64,000 bases of DNA from Spirochaetota bacterium (GTDB taxonomy: Bacteria; Spirochaetota; UBA4802; UBA5550), in assembly GCA_963663865.1 (NCBI GenBank), contig OY760686.1, positions 1,600,001 to 1,664,000 of the forward strand, in the 5' to 3' direction. The notes beneath the pieces are model-generated. The model saw only the letters and a program-made list of their open reading frames with translations. It searched no databases and was not told the origin of the DNA. The translations under genes and the position numbers were made by a program. Below, piece after piece: positions 1 through 10,157 of this stretch. Each line of letters starts with the position of its first letter. The first letter of the stretch is position 1.

Positions 1-275
1 CCTCTGTCTATAAGAGCGCCTTTAAGATTTTCCTCTGAGGCACGGGAAGCGGTTGACTCGTCCAGCATGACGTTAATGCCTTCATGCTTTTCAAGATAGC
101 TTGTAACAGCTCTCGGGATGACCTCCTGGAGATAGCCCTGGTCTGATACGTCGCCTTCACTCTTAAAAGGGGAGGATATTACTACTGACCACATGCGTTT
201 ATTCTGCGCATTTTCGGCTGACAGAAGTTGCATGGAAAACAGTAATAAAGCAGCGGTTAACAGTAGTCTTCTCAT
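1..275 (-). CDS. Secreted protein, 5' part only (runs off the window edge)
   Basis: Manual translation from ATG at 275: MRRLLLTAALLLFSMQLLSAENAQNKRMWSVVISSPFKSEG..., open to position 1, with a signal-peptide-like N-terminus. Not in the ORF track. Confidence 0.6.
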   Translation of the reverse strand, partial: MRRLLLTAALLLFSMQLLSAENAQNKRMWSVVISSPFKSEGDVSDQGYLQEVIPRAVTSYLEKHEGINVMLDESTASRASEENLKGALIDR

Positions 276-374
276 AATCAATAATATCTCTGTGGATTAT
301 TACATCCGTTTCCAAAATGGACGGGCGTTAATGTTAAACAGACTATTATTTAATCAAAATGTCAAGGTATAAAA

Positions 375-1565
375 TCATGTTGTATATTCAGCGTTGATTT
401 TAACGTAATCATATGAAAAGTCGCAGGTCATAAACATTGCGTTTTCGGTACCTGCGCCAAGATCGACGAATACAGTAAACTCACGCTGTGACATTATCCC
501 CTTGAGCTCCGAACTTTCACATTCTACCGGAGCCCCATTCCTAAATATTGTAAGAGGTCCGAATGATATTGTGAGCTTTTCCTGGTCAAAAACAGCTCCG
601 GAGTAGCCGGCCGCGGCTGCAATACGGCCCCAGTTGGGATCCTCTCCAAAGAACGCGGTTTTTACGAGGGCCGACTGTGCAATTGACCTTGCGGCCCTGC
701 GAGCGTCTTCCCGGGTTGCTGCTTCACGCACATGAATTCTGACAAGCTTTGTAGCTCCCTCTCCGTCTTTAACAAGCATTTCAGAAAGCCGGAGAAGAAC
801 ATTTTCAAGTGCCGATTCAAAGTTGTCCAGAGATTCTGAGTCAGAGATAGGGGATGTGCTGACCGGACTGAGAATCAGGGCAGTGTCGTTGGTGGACATG
901 TCGCCGTCTATTGTTATTGAATTTATAGTTTTATCAACAGCTCTGCGGAAAATTGAGTCCAGAGTCTTCCTTTCAATTGGGGCGTCGGTAATCATAAAAG
1001 CCAGCAATGTAGCCATATCAGGGGCAATCATGCCTGAGCCCTTGGCAGTACCGGCAATTACATACTCCTGTCCGCCGGCAGAGAATGATGCCGCGGCTGA
1101 CTTGGGGAATGTGTCGGTTGTCATAATGGCCTTTGAAAAGATTGCGCCCTGAGACCGGTTCAGCCCTTCAACCAGGGAGCTATGTGAAGAAAGCATTTTC
1201 TCTACCGGTAGCTGTCTGCCAATTACACCTGTAGAACACATCAAAACGCTTTTTTCTGAGAGGCCAAGTCTTCTTTCAATGTCGGAAGTGATATCAAGCG
1301 CTGCCATGTAGCCCTTTTCACCGGTGCAGGCGTTTGCAATGGTTGAGTTGACGGCTATCGCCTCAACTGGGGAATATATTCTTTCTCTGCAGAGTCTTAC
1401 CGGTGCCGCGGAGACAATGTTTTTTGTAAAAACCCCCGCTGCGTTGCAGGGACCGTCCGGTTTTATAAGAGCATAGTCAAGCCTGTCAGCATATCTGATG
1501 CCGGCTTTTATTGCTGAAAATGTGTATCCTGGAACTGTTTCCAGACCGCCCTCGATAATCCTCAT
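375..1565 (-). CDS. argJ: Bifunctional glutamate N-acetyltransferase / ornithine acetyltransferase
   Basis: Motifs ANACTG, STGVIG, IMTTDT, KGSGMIAPDMAT, DGDMSTND, DGEGATK, DPNWGRI and C-terminal YVKINAEYTT. Start placed at MRIIEGG (AGAGG RBS upstream). Confidence 0.95.
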   Translation of the reverse strand: MRIIEGGLETVPGYTFSAIKAGIRYADRLDYALIKPDGPCNAAGVFTKNIVSAAPVRLCRERIYSPVEAIAVNSTIANACTGEKGYMAALDITSDIERRLGLSEKSVLMCSTGVIGRQLPVEKMLSSHSSLVEGLNRSQGAIFSKAIMTTDTFPKSAAASFSAGGQEYVIAGTAKGSGMIAPDMATLLAFMITDAPIERKTLDSIFRRAVDKTINSITIDGDMSTNDTALILSPVSTSPISDSESLDNFESALENVLLRLSEMLVKDGEGATKLVRIHVREAATREDARRAARSIAQSALVKTAFFGEDPNWGRIAAAAGYSGAVFDQEKLTISFGPLTIFRNGAPVECESSELKGIMSQREFTVFVDLGAGTENAMFMTCDFSYDYVKINAEYTT

Positions 1566-1872
1566 GCTGTTTATCCTCTTTGTTAAAGCCATATAATCAT
1601 TATTTGCGTATCACAGTCCCAAATGGGCCTCAAAAATAAAGAAAAAAATGAAATTCCGAGCACCACAATAATAAGAAAAAATATATTGAAATTTTTTCTT
1701 TTATATTTTATTATATTTGTTATTATACTGATAGCATGATTATTTCTTCATTATTCGGCGCTGAGGCGGTTCGACAGGATACGGAACCGAACGTCGTATT
1801 TTGTTTTTCTGTGTTTCGTTTTATTTTGAGTGATGGGAGAAGGTTATAGTAACCGCGGGTGAACGAATATCC

Positions 1873-2223
1873 ATGAACATTAAGACCAGCTGGCAGGGAC
1901 TCTGCTGTATATTATCCCTTGAAGGGGAGTTTGTCCATCAAAATGTAATGAAGTTTGATGAGGTTTGGGACAATGTTATCATGGGAAAACCGAGGGTCGT
2001 TGCGGTTGAGTGCAGCGGAATGAGCTATATAGACTCATCAGCTATAGGTACTCTTGTAAAGGTAGTAAACCGCTCAAGGAATGATGATTATTCAGTTGTT
2101 TTTTTAGATATTGTTGATCCAATAAAGCGTATAATCTCAGTCGCCAGGCTGGACGCACTTTTCGAAATGTACAATTCTGCCGATTTCTATAAAAAATTTT
2201 CACAGGAACTGAAAAACGAATAA
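1873..2223 (+). CDS. STAS-domain anti-sigma-factor antagonist
   Basis: 116 aa with the YIDSSAIG phosphorylation motif typical of SpoIIAA/RsbV-like STAS proteins. Confidence 0.85.
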   Translation: MNIKTSWQGLCCILSLEGEFVHQNVMKFDEVWDNVIMGKPRVVAVECSGMSYIDSSAIGTLVKVVNRSRNDDYSVVFLDIVDPIKRIISVARLDALFEMYNSADFYKKFSQELKNE

Positions 2224-2277
2224 GCTTAAGCTAAGCGTGATTTTTAGTTTAACCTTCCGTTTGCCGAAAAAACAAGT

Positions 2278-2793
2278 ATGAAGAGGAAAACCGCTTACAT
2301 CAGTCTTTTTTTTATTTTTTGCGTTTCCTGCACTCCACCTCCAGGCTATGTGAGGCCGTCATCCACATCAATAACTGCAGGATATACGCCTTCTGCAAAT
2401 ATTGCAAAACAGGCTGATCCGGGCGGTGTGCGGAACAGGATTATTAGTACGGCGCAAAGCCTGTTGGGAACACCTTACAGGTTCGGCGGGTCAAAGCCCG
2501 GCGGTTTTGACTGCTCCGGATTTGTGTATTATGTATACGGTGAAAATGACATAAGTATTCCAAGGGCAACCTCCGAGCAGTACCTGAAAGGGCGCAGGAT
2601 ATCAAAGTCCGGGCTTAGAGCCGGTGATCTTGTTTTTTACCAGACATATCGAATGGGTATATCCCATGTTGGTATTTATGCGGGAGGCGGGAGATTCATT
2701 CATGCTCCAAGAACTGGTAAAAATGTTGAGTATACCAGGATGGACAATCCGTATTGGAAGAAAAGGTTCCGGGGGGCAGTCACTTATCTTTAA
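2278..2793 (+). CDS. NlpC/P60 (C40) peptidoglycan endopeptidase, lipoprotein
   Basis: LGTPYRFGG, FDCSGF (catalytic Cys), HVGIY and FIHA motifs, with lipobox-like CVSC after a hydrophobic stretch. Confidence 0.92.
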   Translation: MKRKTAYISLFFIFCVSCTPPPGYVRPSSTSITAGYTPSANIAKQADPGGVRNRIISTAQSLLGTPYRFGGSKPGGFDCSGFVYYVYGENDISIPRATSEQYLKGRRISKSGLRAGDLVFYQTYRMGISHVGIYAGGGRFIHAPRTGKNVEYTRMDNPYWKKRFRGAVTYL

Positions 2794-2809
2794 TTTATGT
2801 AGGATTAAG

Positions 2810-3889
2810 CTATTCGAGTTTGATTATTTCGCCTTCAGGGCTGTATCCGTATATGCTTCCGTCCCTCGACACCTTTGAGCTGTACATGGCTGTATCGGCG
2901 CATTCGATGAGCTCTTCATGGTTTTTTACCCGGTTCGGGAATGGATACGTCGCGATACCTATTGAAAGGGTCAAAGAATCGTTTTCCAGCGAAGCGTTTT
3001 CTTCACCGGTTATTGATGATATTTTTACGCGGTTGATTATTTCACGAATCCTTCGAGCTACAATGAGGGCATTCGTGTGATCAGTTTCGGGGAGAAAAAG
3101 AGAAAATTCGTCACCACCGAATCTTGCTGCGATATCGTAAGGCCGAATTATGTATTTTAAGGAATCTGATTCTGTGTTGCTTATCTTGTAAAGATTTTCG
3201 TCAATGAAGGAACTGCTTATTTTTTTCAGCACCTGGTCACCCACAAGGTGGTTGAAGCGGTCATTAATACTTTTAAAATTATCACCGTCTAAAAATATGA
3301 GAGAGATATGCGACAGAAGATCTGTATCGGTGTGGAGAAGATCGCTGTCGAGCTCGTTATTTTTTCTCTTTACCCGCTCAAATTCGGACTTAAGGCGCTC
3401 TATGAAGGTAATTTTGTTGAGAAGGCCTGTCAGACCGTCAAAGCCGGTCAGTTGAAACGTAACGGCGTTTCTTACGATTGTGGCTATCGATTTTGGACTG
3501 AGGGGTTTGTTTAAAAAATAATAGGCGCCCATGTCGAGTACTGTTTCCGATAACTCAACGTCGCCTTCAAAGCCCGTTATGGCTATCACAGGAGCATTTA
3601 TTTTGAGTTCGTTTTTTAATGTATCGAGAATTTTCAGTCCGTATACAGGCGAGGGCGGCCCGCCGTTTTCTCTGGGAATGGAGAGGTCGAGAAGAATGGT
3701 GTCCCAGTAGGTCATTTGTACTTTTTCAACAGCCGCCTCGCATGATCCCGCGTGATCGATATAGTAGCGGGGATTAGAAGCTATAAGGATCTTTGTTATT
3801 GCCGAAATGACAGAGCTGTCATCATCTATCAGCAGAATACTAAAGTCCCTGATGTTCATGTACTGTTCTTTGATGAAAGCTGAGTGCAT
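2810..3889 (-). CDS. Response regulator diguanylate cyclase (REC-GGDEF)
   Basis: N-terminal receiver domain (LLIDDD, LLDLSIP, FLNKP), DGLTGL, RPYD I-site and intact RFGGDEF. Confidence 0.9.
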   Translation of the reverse strand: MHSAFIKEQYMNIRDFSILLIDDDSSVISAITKILIASNPRYYIDHAGSCEAAVEKVQMTYWDTILLDLSIPRENGGPPSPVYGLKILDTLKNELKINAPVIAITGFEGDVELSETVLDMGAYYFLNKPLSPKSIATIVRNAVTFQLTGFDGLTGLLNKITFIERLKSEFERVKRKNNELDSDLLHTDTDLLSHISLIFLDGDNFKSINDRFNHLVGDQVLKKISSSFIDENLYKISNTESDSLKYIIRPYDIAARFGGDEFSLFLPETDHTNALIVARRIREIINRVKISSITGEENASLENDSLTLSIGIATYPFPNRVKNHEELIECADTAMYSSKVSRDGSIYGYSPEGEIIKLE

Positions 3890-4154
3890 TTATTGTTCCT
3901 AAAATAGTATATTTTATACTGACATGTGATAACAGTAAAGTCAAGATTTTTACAAAAATAAGCGCTTAATTGGAGTAAAGATGTTAAAGGTTGACTTGAC
4001 AAAAATACCAGTAAAAGACAATTTAAGGTCGAAATAATAAATGTTTAGAACCTGTTATAGATGTTTGATTCAGGTGTTCCTTTATCAATTTTTTAAAATA
4101 TGCTTGTTAGTAAATATAAGTCGCTAATTGTCACCTTTGAGGGATTTGACTCAA

Positions 4155-4928
4155 ATGAAAAAAACAACACCACAAAAGAAAAAAACAGCCACAAAAAGAC
4201 CGACTCCCGCCAGAAAGGAGAAAAAACAGAATATTTCATCGGGGCAGGGAGGAAACCGTGCGGCCCTGTTGCTCATAATAATGGGACTGCTGACGGTTAT
4301 TCTTCTTATGACAATTCACCACAAACCAGACAGAAAAGGTCCCGATGCTCTTACCGGACAATCCGAAATATTCAGGCCGGATCATCCTCAGGAAAAAAAT
4401 GAAAAATCTGATTCTGACGGAAAAGAGGCATCAACCGAAGAAAAAAACATCGGAAAGGCTAAGGTCATCGAAGAGAAAGGGGCTGAAGAAAACCAGAAGG
4501 GAGCTGGTAAGTTAAAATCAGTATCCTCCAGAATATACCTGTACAGGCTGAACGAAAAAACATCAAAGCTGTACATGTCTGCCGTTGGCAGAAGGGTCTC
4601 CGAGAAGGATAAACTAAAAAAAACGATGGAAGCCTTAATCAGCGGAGCGACGCCGGCTGAAAGAAAGGCGGGTTATCTTTCAGCGGTTCCTGAAAATCTC
4701 GTTGTACGAGGTTTGAGGCTGGTAGGCGGGACTCTCTACCTTGATTTTTCATCCTCAATAGAGTATGGAGCGCCCGGAAATATAATGTCTCAACGTATCG
4801 ATCAAATTGTATATACGGCCACACAGTTTCCAGAGGTTAAGGGAGTGGTAATCAGCATTGACGGAAAAAGAAAAGAAACAATAGGGAGCGACGGGCTTTC
4901 AATAAGCGGTACGCTCAGGAGGAGATAA
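4155..4928 (+). CDS. Membrane-anchored GerMN-domain protein
   Basis: Basic N-terminus, one TM helix, charged linker and C-terminal GerMN signatures (LISGAT, YLDFS, QIVYTATQFPEVKGV). Start placed at MKKTT. Confidence 0.8.
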   Translation: MKKTTPQKKKTATKRPTPARKEKKQNISSGQGGNRAALLLIIMGLLTVILLMTIHHKPDRKGPDALTGQSEIFRPDHPQEKNEKSDSDGKEASTEEKNIGKAKVIEEKGAEENQKGAGKLKSVSSRIYLYRLNEKTSKLYMSAVGRRVSEKDKLKKTMEALISGATPAERKAGYLSAVPENLVVRGLRLVGGTLYLDFSSSIEYGAPGNIMSQRIDQIVYTATQFPEVKGVVISIDGKRKETIGSDGLSISGTLRRR

Positions 4929-5449
4929 TGCTCGAAGTAGAAATTAAGGCATATTGCCCTGACCAGAAAAAGGTTGCCGACGAACTGGGCAGAATGGGAG
5001 CGGCTCCCAACGGCTTCAGGGTTGAGGAGGATATTTACTTTAACCATCCTGGCAGAGACTTCGCTGTTACAGATGAGGCTCTCAGAATCAGAAAGGCCGG
5101 AGGGAAGAATTACATAACCTACAAGGGACCGAAGCTGTCAAAAAGAACTAAAACCAGGGAAGAGGTTGAGCTTAAATTCGATGATTTCAGCTCTATGGTG
5201 AAAATACTTGAATCGCTTGGATTCAACGAAAGCGGCAGGGTAAAGAAGGAGAGGTCCTTCTATATTTTTCAGGGAATAAATATTTGTATCGATAATGTTG
5301 AAGGACTTGGCTGGTTCGTCGAACTGGAGCTTCAGAGCGAAGACCGGGAGGAAGCTGAGACGCTGCTGTTTGATCTTGCTGAAAAAATCGGGCTCGAAAT
5401 GTTTGAAACGAAATCATACCTGGAAATGACGCTTGCGGGAGGTAAGTAA
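4928..5449 (+). CDS. cyaB: CYTH-domain class IV adenylate cyclase family protein
   Basis: EVEIK N-terminal motif, DEALRIR, TYKGPK, REEVE, VKKER and FVELE. Confidence 0.85.
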   Translation: MLEVEIKAYCPDQKKVADELGRMGAAPNGFRVEEDIYFNHPGRDFAVTDEALRIRKAGGKNYITYKGPKLSKRTKTREEVELKFDDFSSMVKILESLGFNESGRVKKERSFYIFQGINICIDNVEGLGWFVELELQSEDREEAETLLFDLAEKIGLEMFETKSYLEMTLAGGK

Positions 5450-5468
5450 CACCCGCAAGCGCCGGCAT

Positions 5469-7865
5469 TTATCGCAGTTTATATCCTCTATGCTCAATAT
5501 CTGAGATGATTTTCTTCTGTATTCTCTCGATGTCTCCGTGTTCAAGGGTCCGGTCCTTTGCAGCCAGTATCAGCCTGAACGAAACGGATTTTTTCCCCTG
5601 ATCTATGCGTTCTCCGGTATAAACCGAGACAACCTCAGAAGATTTCAGATAGTCCCCCGCGCTTTTCGTAATAATTGCGTTCAGTGTGCCGGCGTATTCA
5701 TCGGCCGGACAGACTATTGAGAATTCAAGAGGGACATCCGGATACTTTTGAAGCTCGCTGAAGGCTGTATCTTTTTTAGGAAGCCTGAAAAGAAGATCAA
5801 GATCAAGGTCGAAAAGCGCGGCCCTTCCGGCAATATCGAAGTCTGAAAGGGTTTTAGGATGCAGTTCAAAAATCAGCGCCAGTCTCTCGCCGCCGGCCGT
5901 AATTTCAAGACTCCTGGCCGGGTGAGCGTAAGGAGGCAGCCCGCTGCTTACGGGAGATTCGCTGATATCTCTGATACGAAGCTTTTCGATAAGCCCCAGG
6001 ACCGATGATTTTGCATGATAGAACATGGCATTTGACGGCTTCCGGGAAAAGAATGCCCCGGTAACACGGCGCTTCTCTTCAACAAGCTGAGCTGATGTTT
6101 TGTCATCCTTAATGTAAATTCTTCCGCACTCGTAAATCGAAAAGGACTCATTGTAACGCTGGTTTGATTCTATGTTTTTTATTAGATTAGGCACAAGAGT
6201 GCGGTTGAGCCTGTCGTGTTCCTTTGTTAGCGAATTCTTAAGGCGAAGCTCAAGATCCTCATTGATGCCGAGCCTGTTAAGGATTTCCTCTCCTGTGAAA
6301 GAATATCCGCTGACTTCAATCATGCCGAGATCTCGTGAGAGGATGTTCTTAACTTCACGCTCGAAAGTCCTCTGAGGATTGTGCGGCGGTGTGACGCACG
6401 GGAATAGAGGAGCTTCAGGCATGATGTTGTCGTAACCATATATCCTGCCTATCTCTTCAACAATATCAGCGTCAATGGAAATGTCCTTTGTAGCCCTGTA
6501 ATGGGGGACGTCAATATTCAGAATCCCTTTGTTGTTCTTCACCTCAAACGAGAGAGATTCAAGAATAGAGATGATTTTTTCATCCGATATTGTTTCGCCG
6601 AGCTTGTTCCTGATCTGGTCTGTGGAAATGGATATTTGAACAGGTTTCTGTTTAACAGGATATGAATCAATAATCTGACTTGCAGGCTCAGCGCCGGGTA
6701 TAATGCTTTGAATCAGCTCGCAGCACCTTAAAAGGGCTTCTTCCGTAAGTTCAGGGGAAATTGACTTTTCAAAGCGTACAGAGGCGTCTGTTCTCAGGCC
6801 GCAGCGCTGCGCTGTCTTTCTGATGGGCACCGGATTGAAGTTCGCGGCTTCAAGTACTATGGATGAGGTGTCGTCTGAAATCTCGCTGTTTTCTCCTCCC
6901 ATTACTCCGGCAAGAGCGACAGGTCCTTCGCTGTCAGCTATTACAATGTCTTCTTTCGTGAGTGTATGTTTCTGGCCGTCAAGGGTTACGATTTCCTCGC
7001 CGCTTGCTGCGAAACGGACCTGAATGGTATTACCGCGAAGCTTTGTGATATCAAAGGCGTGCAGCGGTTCGCCAAGTTCGCCCATGACATAGTTAGTAAC
7101 ATCAACAATGTTATTGATTGGCCGCATGCCCATTGAGGTAACCGCCGCGGCAAGCCATGCCGGGGACGGGGCCACTTTGATTCCGCTCATAACAAGGGCG
7201 CTGTATCTGGGGCATGCGGTATGGTCCTGAATCTCTATTGAGGGGGCCGTATCGGATGTATCCGCAAGCGAAAGGGCGCGGTTCACCGGGTCCTTTACTG
7301 CGCGGCCGAAGAGCGCCCCAATCTCACGTGCAAAGCCCCGGTGGCTCCACAGGTCAGGCCGGTGTGTAATGGACTTGTTGTCAATTTCAAGCCTGATATC
7401 GCACCACTCAGGCATAAGCTCGCTCATGGGAACTCCAAGCGGTGTATCAGCAGGCAGTATCATTATACCGCCGCTCCCTTCGCCGATTCCCATTTCCTTT
7501 TCGGAACAGAGCATGCCGTTGGACTCTTCGCCGCGTATCTTAGCCTTTTTGATGACAAAGCCGTCGCCGAAGTCAGTGCCTGTGTCAGCGAGACAGACAA
7601 TGTCGCTGTCGCGGTGATTCGGAGCGCCGCAGACGACCTTTACCCTGTCATCGCCGTGTGTGAGTTCGACAAGCGTGAGTTTGTCGGCATCAGGGTGAGG
7701 TTTGACCGAAAGGATTTTAGCCGTCCTGATGGTTTTAAGGTGCTGATTCATGTACTCAATGGAATCAATTTCTGCCGTCGACATGGTCAGCTTCAGAGCC
7801 AGCTCGTCAGCTTTAATTCCGCTGAGGTCGACCATTTTAGAAAGTATATTGCATGAAAGCCACAT
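5469..7865 (-). CDS. pheT: Phenylalanine-tRNA ligase beta subunit
   Basis: 798 aa with HPDADKL, VCGAPN, SNGMLCS, RPINNIVDVTNY, EEIGRIYGY and a C-terminal FDX-ACB domain. Lies downstream of pheS. Confidence 0.96.
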   Translation of the reverse strand: MWLSCNILSKMVDLSGIKADELALKLTMSTAEIDSIEYMNQHLKTIRTAKILSVKPHPDADKLTLVELTHGDDRVKVVCGAPNHRDSDIVCLADTGTDFGDGFVIKKAKIRGEESNGMLCSEKEMGIGEGSGGIMILPADTPLGVPMSELMPEWCDIRLEIDNKSITHRPDLWSHRGFAREIGALFGRAVKDPVNRALSLADTSDTAPSIEIQDHTACPRYSALVMSGIKVAPSPAWLAAAVTSMGMRPINNIVDVTNYVMGELGEPLHAFDITKLRGNTIQVRFAASGEEIVTLDGQKHTLTKEDIVIADSEGPVALAGVMGGENSEISDDTSSIVLEAANFNPVPIRKTAQRCGLRTDASVRFEKSISPELTEEALLRCCELIQSIIPGAEPASQIIDSYPVKQKPVQISISTDQIRNKLGETISDEKIISILESLSFEVKNNKGILNIDVPHYRATKDISIDADIVEEIGRIYGYDNIMPEAPLFPCVTPPHNPQRTFEREVKNILSRDLGMIEVSGYSFTGEEILNRLGINEDLELRLKNSLTKEHDRLNRTLVPNLIKNIESNQRYNESFSIYECGRIYIKDDKTSAQLVEEKRRVTGAFFSRKPSNAMFYHAKSSVLGLIEKLRIRDISESPVSSGLPPYAHPARSLEITAGGERLALIFELHPKTLSDFDIAGRAALFDLDLDLLFRLPKKDTAFSELQKYPDVPLEFSIVCPADEYAGTLNAIITKSAGDYLKSSEVVSVYTGERIDQGKKSVSFRLILAAKDRTLEHGDIERIQKKIISDIEHRGYKLR

Positions 7866-7886
7866 CTTTATTCTCCAGGGATAAAT

Positions 7887-8918
7887 TTAGAATTGTTTCA
7901 GGAAACGGATGTCTCCGCTCTGGAAATGTCTTATGTCATTAATTCCGTATTTCATCATTATGAGCCTGTTGAGGCCGAGTCCAAACGCGAAACCTGACCA
8001 TTTATCAGGATCAATGCCGCCCATTCTCAAAACGTTGGGATGCACCAGCCCGCATGGAAGAAGTTCGACCCATCCGCTCTGCTTGCAGACGCTGCATCCG
8101 TCTCCGCCGCAGATGAGGCAGTTGATGTCGAGCTCAAAGCCCGGTTCAACGAAGGGGAAGTATCCCGGCCGCAGCCGGACTTTGACATCTCTCTGAAAGA
8201 TTTCTCTCAGAAGTTCCTTCATTACGAAGATGAGGTTGGCGACCGAAATATTTTTGTCGACCATCATGCCTTCGACCTGGTAGAATGTGTTTTCGTGAGA
8301 CGCGTCAGTTGTCTCGTAGCGGAAGACCCTGCCGGGCCCGATGACCTTAAACGGCGGCTGCATCTTTTCCATGCCTCTTATCTGGATCGCGGATGTGTGC
8401 GTACGGAGAAGGTTGCCGTCTTCGGTCCAGAATGTGTCCTGCATGTCTCTTGCCGGGTGGTGTTTGGGGATGTTCAATGCCTCGAAGTTGTAGTGCTCCG
8501 TTTCAGCCTCAGGGCCGTCAAGAACGGAAAACCCCATGGATGTGAAGATATCCTCAATTTCGTACTGCATCTGGTAAATGGGGTGGAGGCGGCCTGTTTC
8601 GCGCCTTGAGCTTGACTGCTCGGATGTCAGCGTGACATCAATCCAGTCCCTGCTGATCTCATCGCTGATTGATGACTCCAGCAGCGATGATTTGCGTTCG
8701 TCAATGAGTGTGTCAAGTTCCTGCTTGATCTCATTGGACAGCTTCCCGATTTCTCCCCTTGTTTCAGGCGGCATGGAGCCGAGCGACCTGAGGACGGCGG
8801 TCAGCTCACCCTTACGGCCGAGCACCTTGACCCTTATTGCCTCAAGTTCATCGGAGTTTTTTGCCTGCTCAATTGACACAAGCGCTGATTGTTTTATATT
8901 GTTGAGTTCGTCTTTCAT
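7887..8918 (-). CDS. pheS: Phenylalanine-tRNA ligase alpha subunit
   Basis: HHPARDMQDTF, LLRTHTS, FYQVEG, RPGYFPFVEP and GFAFGLG. Start placed at MKDEL. Confidence 0.96.
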   Translation of the reverse strand: MKDELNNIKQSALVSIEQAKNSDELEAIRVKVLGRKGELTAVLRSLGSMPPETRGEIGKLSNEIKQELDTLIDERKSSLLESSISDEISRDWIDVTLTSEQSSSRRETGRLHPIYQMQYEIEDIFTSMGFSVLDGPEAETEHYNFEALNIPKHHPARDMQDTFWTEDGNLLRTHTSAIQIRGMEKMQPPFKVIGPGRVFRYETTDASHENTFYQVEGMMVDKNISVANLIFVMKELLREIFQRDVKVRLRPGYFPFVEPGFELDINCLICGGDGCSVCKQSGWVELLPCGLVHPNVLRMGGIDPDKWSGFAFGLGLNRLIMMKYGINDIRHFQSGDIRFLKQF

Positions 8919-9041
8919 AAAATCCCCTGAAGGTTTCCGGCTGGCGGATTTACGTTGTATTCTTTCAACAATTGACACGAAAGGGGCGTAAAAAGTCAAG
9001 GTTAATAATGGATGAGTGATGTCCGAGTCCAGCCGTGAGAA

Positions 9042-9073
9042 GCATTAAACCCGCCGGAAAGCGGGTTTAATGC
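9042..9073. terminator. 13-bp-stem hairpin downstream of the lipoprotein at 9090-10157
   Basis: GCATTAAACCCGC-CGGAAA-GCGGGTTTAATGC perfect inverted repeat, 16 bp past the stop codon. Confidence 0.7.
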
Positions 9074-9089
9074 AATGACATATAGATTG

Positions 9090-10157
9090 CTACTGATAAA
9101 CCAGACCGGCACAACTAATCTCATAGCATTCTTCACCATCACAATCTACGTCAGGCACAATCCATTGGCCGTTTTTATAATAACCTGCGCCGATAAAACG
9201 TTGAGCCGCTTCTAATACCTGAATATAACTGACACCAACTAAAATATCATCACAAACTGTTAACGAGGATATTATCGTATAAAAACTGCCCGTCTCAGTA
9301 TTATAAGGCTCACAATAATAAGTCCATTTATTGTTATGCCACAGACTCAATTCTGAATCGTCAGTTACAGCAATGTAAACGCCATCGCTGTTAACGGCAA
9401 TTTTGCCGTTGTAACCTGATGAATAAGTTTTATTTATTCGTATCCACTCCGTGTTTTTCCAATATCCTAATATGTATTCACCTTCGGACTTCTGAATATT
9501 TCCGAATGAATAGACGTCACTATTATAGACATATATTGATACAACCAACCCAGTGTATGTTTCACCATCATCAGGTAAGTCTAAAAGAACCAATTCGTCA
9601 TTAAACATGTAAGCGGGTTTGTGATTATACATGCCTCCAAGATAAACATCGTTCTCAACTACATCTAACGAACTGCAACCGAAGGATGGAATTGGAGAAT
9701 AGACGGTTTTGTTAAATAAATAATGACCAGTTCCACCGTTAATTGTTCCGTAAATATTGTCATTGTCGGCAGCTATCTCAGTTACCTGGCCATAGTATGG
9801 ACCTGCTTCAAAAGGATTCCATTCCCCATTTACCCAGTATCCAGGGACATAACCTTTCAGAGAGACATCGTAACAACCTCCCCCAATGTACAGGTTTGGT
9901 CCATCTATTGCCACACATTCAACTACGATTGGGTTTTCCGTCCCAGAATTTTCCACAGGCGTAAAGATCCCATCATGACACCATCCTGCATAATAGATTC
10001 CGTCATTGTACATTCCAAATACAGAATATAGTCCGGAAAGAGGTTCAGGCTTCAACGGAGTTTCTTCTTCTAAATCTGCTTTCGAAGAAGTGTTGTCGCA
10101 GGAAATAGCAATAATTGATATAACAGCGATGAACAATAATTTTAACATGTATTTCAT
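9090..10157 (-). CDS. Lipoprotein with repeated (S/A)I-x(4)-VY(I/L)xG ... YWxN blades (probable beta-propeller), paralog A
   Basis: Lipobox IAISC. Recurring units AIDGPNLYIGG/GYWVNGEW, VYNSDVYSFG/GYWKNTEW, IAVNSDGVYIA and GYYKNGQW. GGAG RBS, 29 bp downstream of the M4 gene. Confidence 0.65.
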   Translation of the reverse strand: MKYMLKLLFIAVISIIAISCDNTSSKADLEEETPLKPEPLSGLYSVFGMYNDGIYYAGWCHDGIFTPVENSGTENPIVVECVAIDGPNLYIGGGCYDVSLKGYVPGYWVNGEWNPFEAGPYYGQVTEIAADNDNIYGTINGGTGHYLFNKTVYSPIPSFGCSSLDVVENDVYLGGMYNHKPAYMFNDELVLLDLPDDGETYTGLVVSIYVYNSDVYSFGNIQKSEGEYILGYWKNTEWIRINKTYSSGYNGKIAVNSDGVYIAVTDDSELSLWHNNKWTYYCEPYNTETGSFYTIISSLTVCDDILVGVSYIQVLEAAQRFIGAGYYKNGQWIVPDVDCDGEECYEISCAGLVYQ

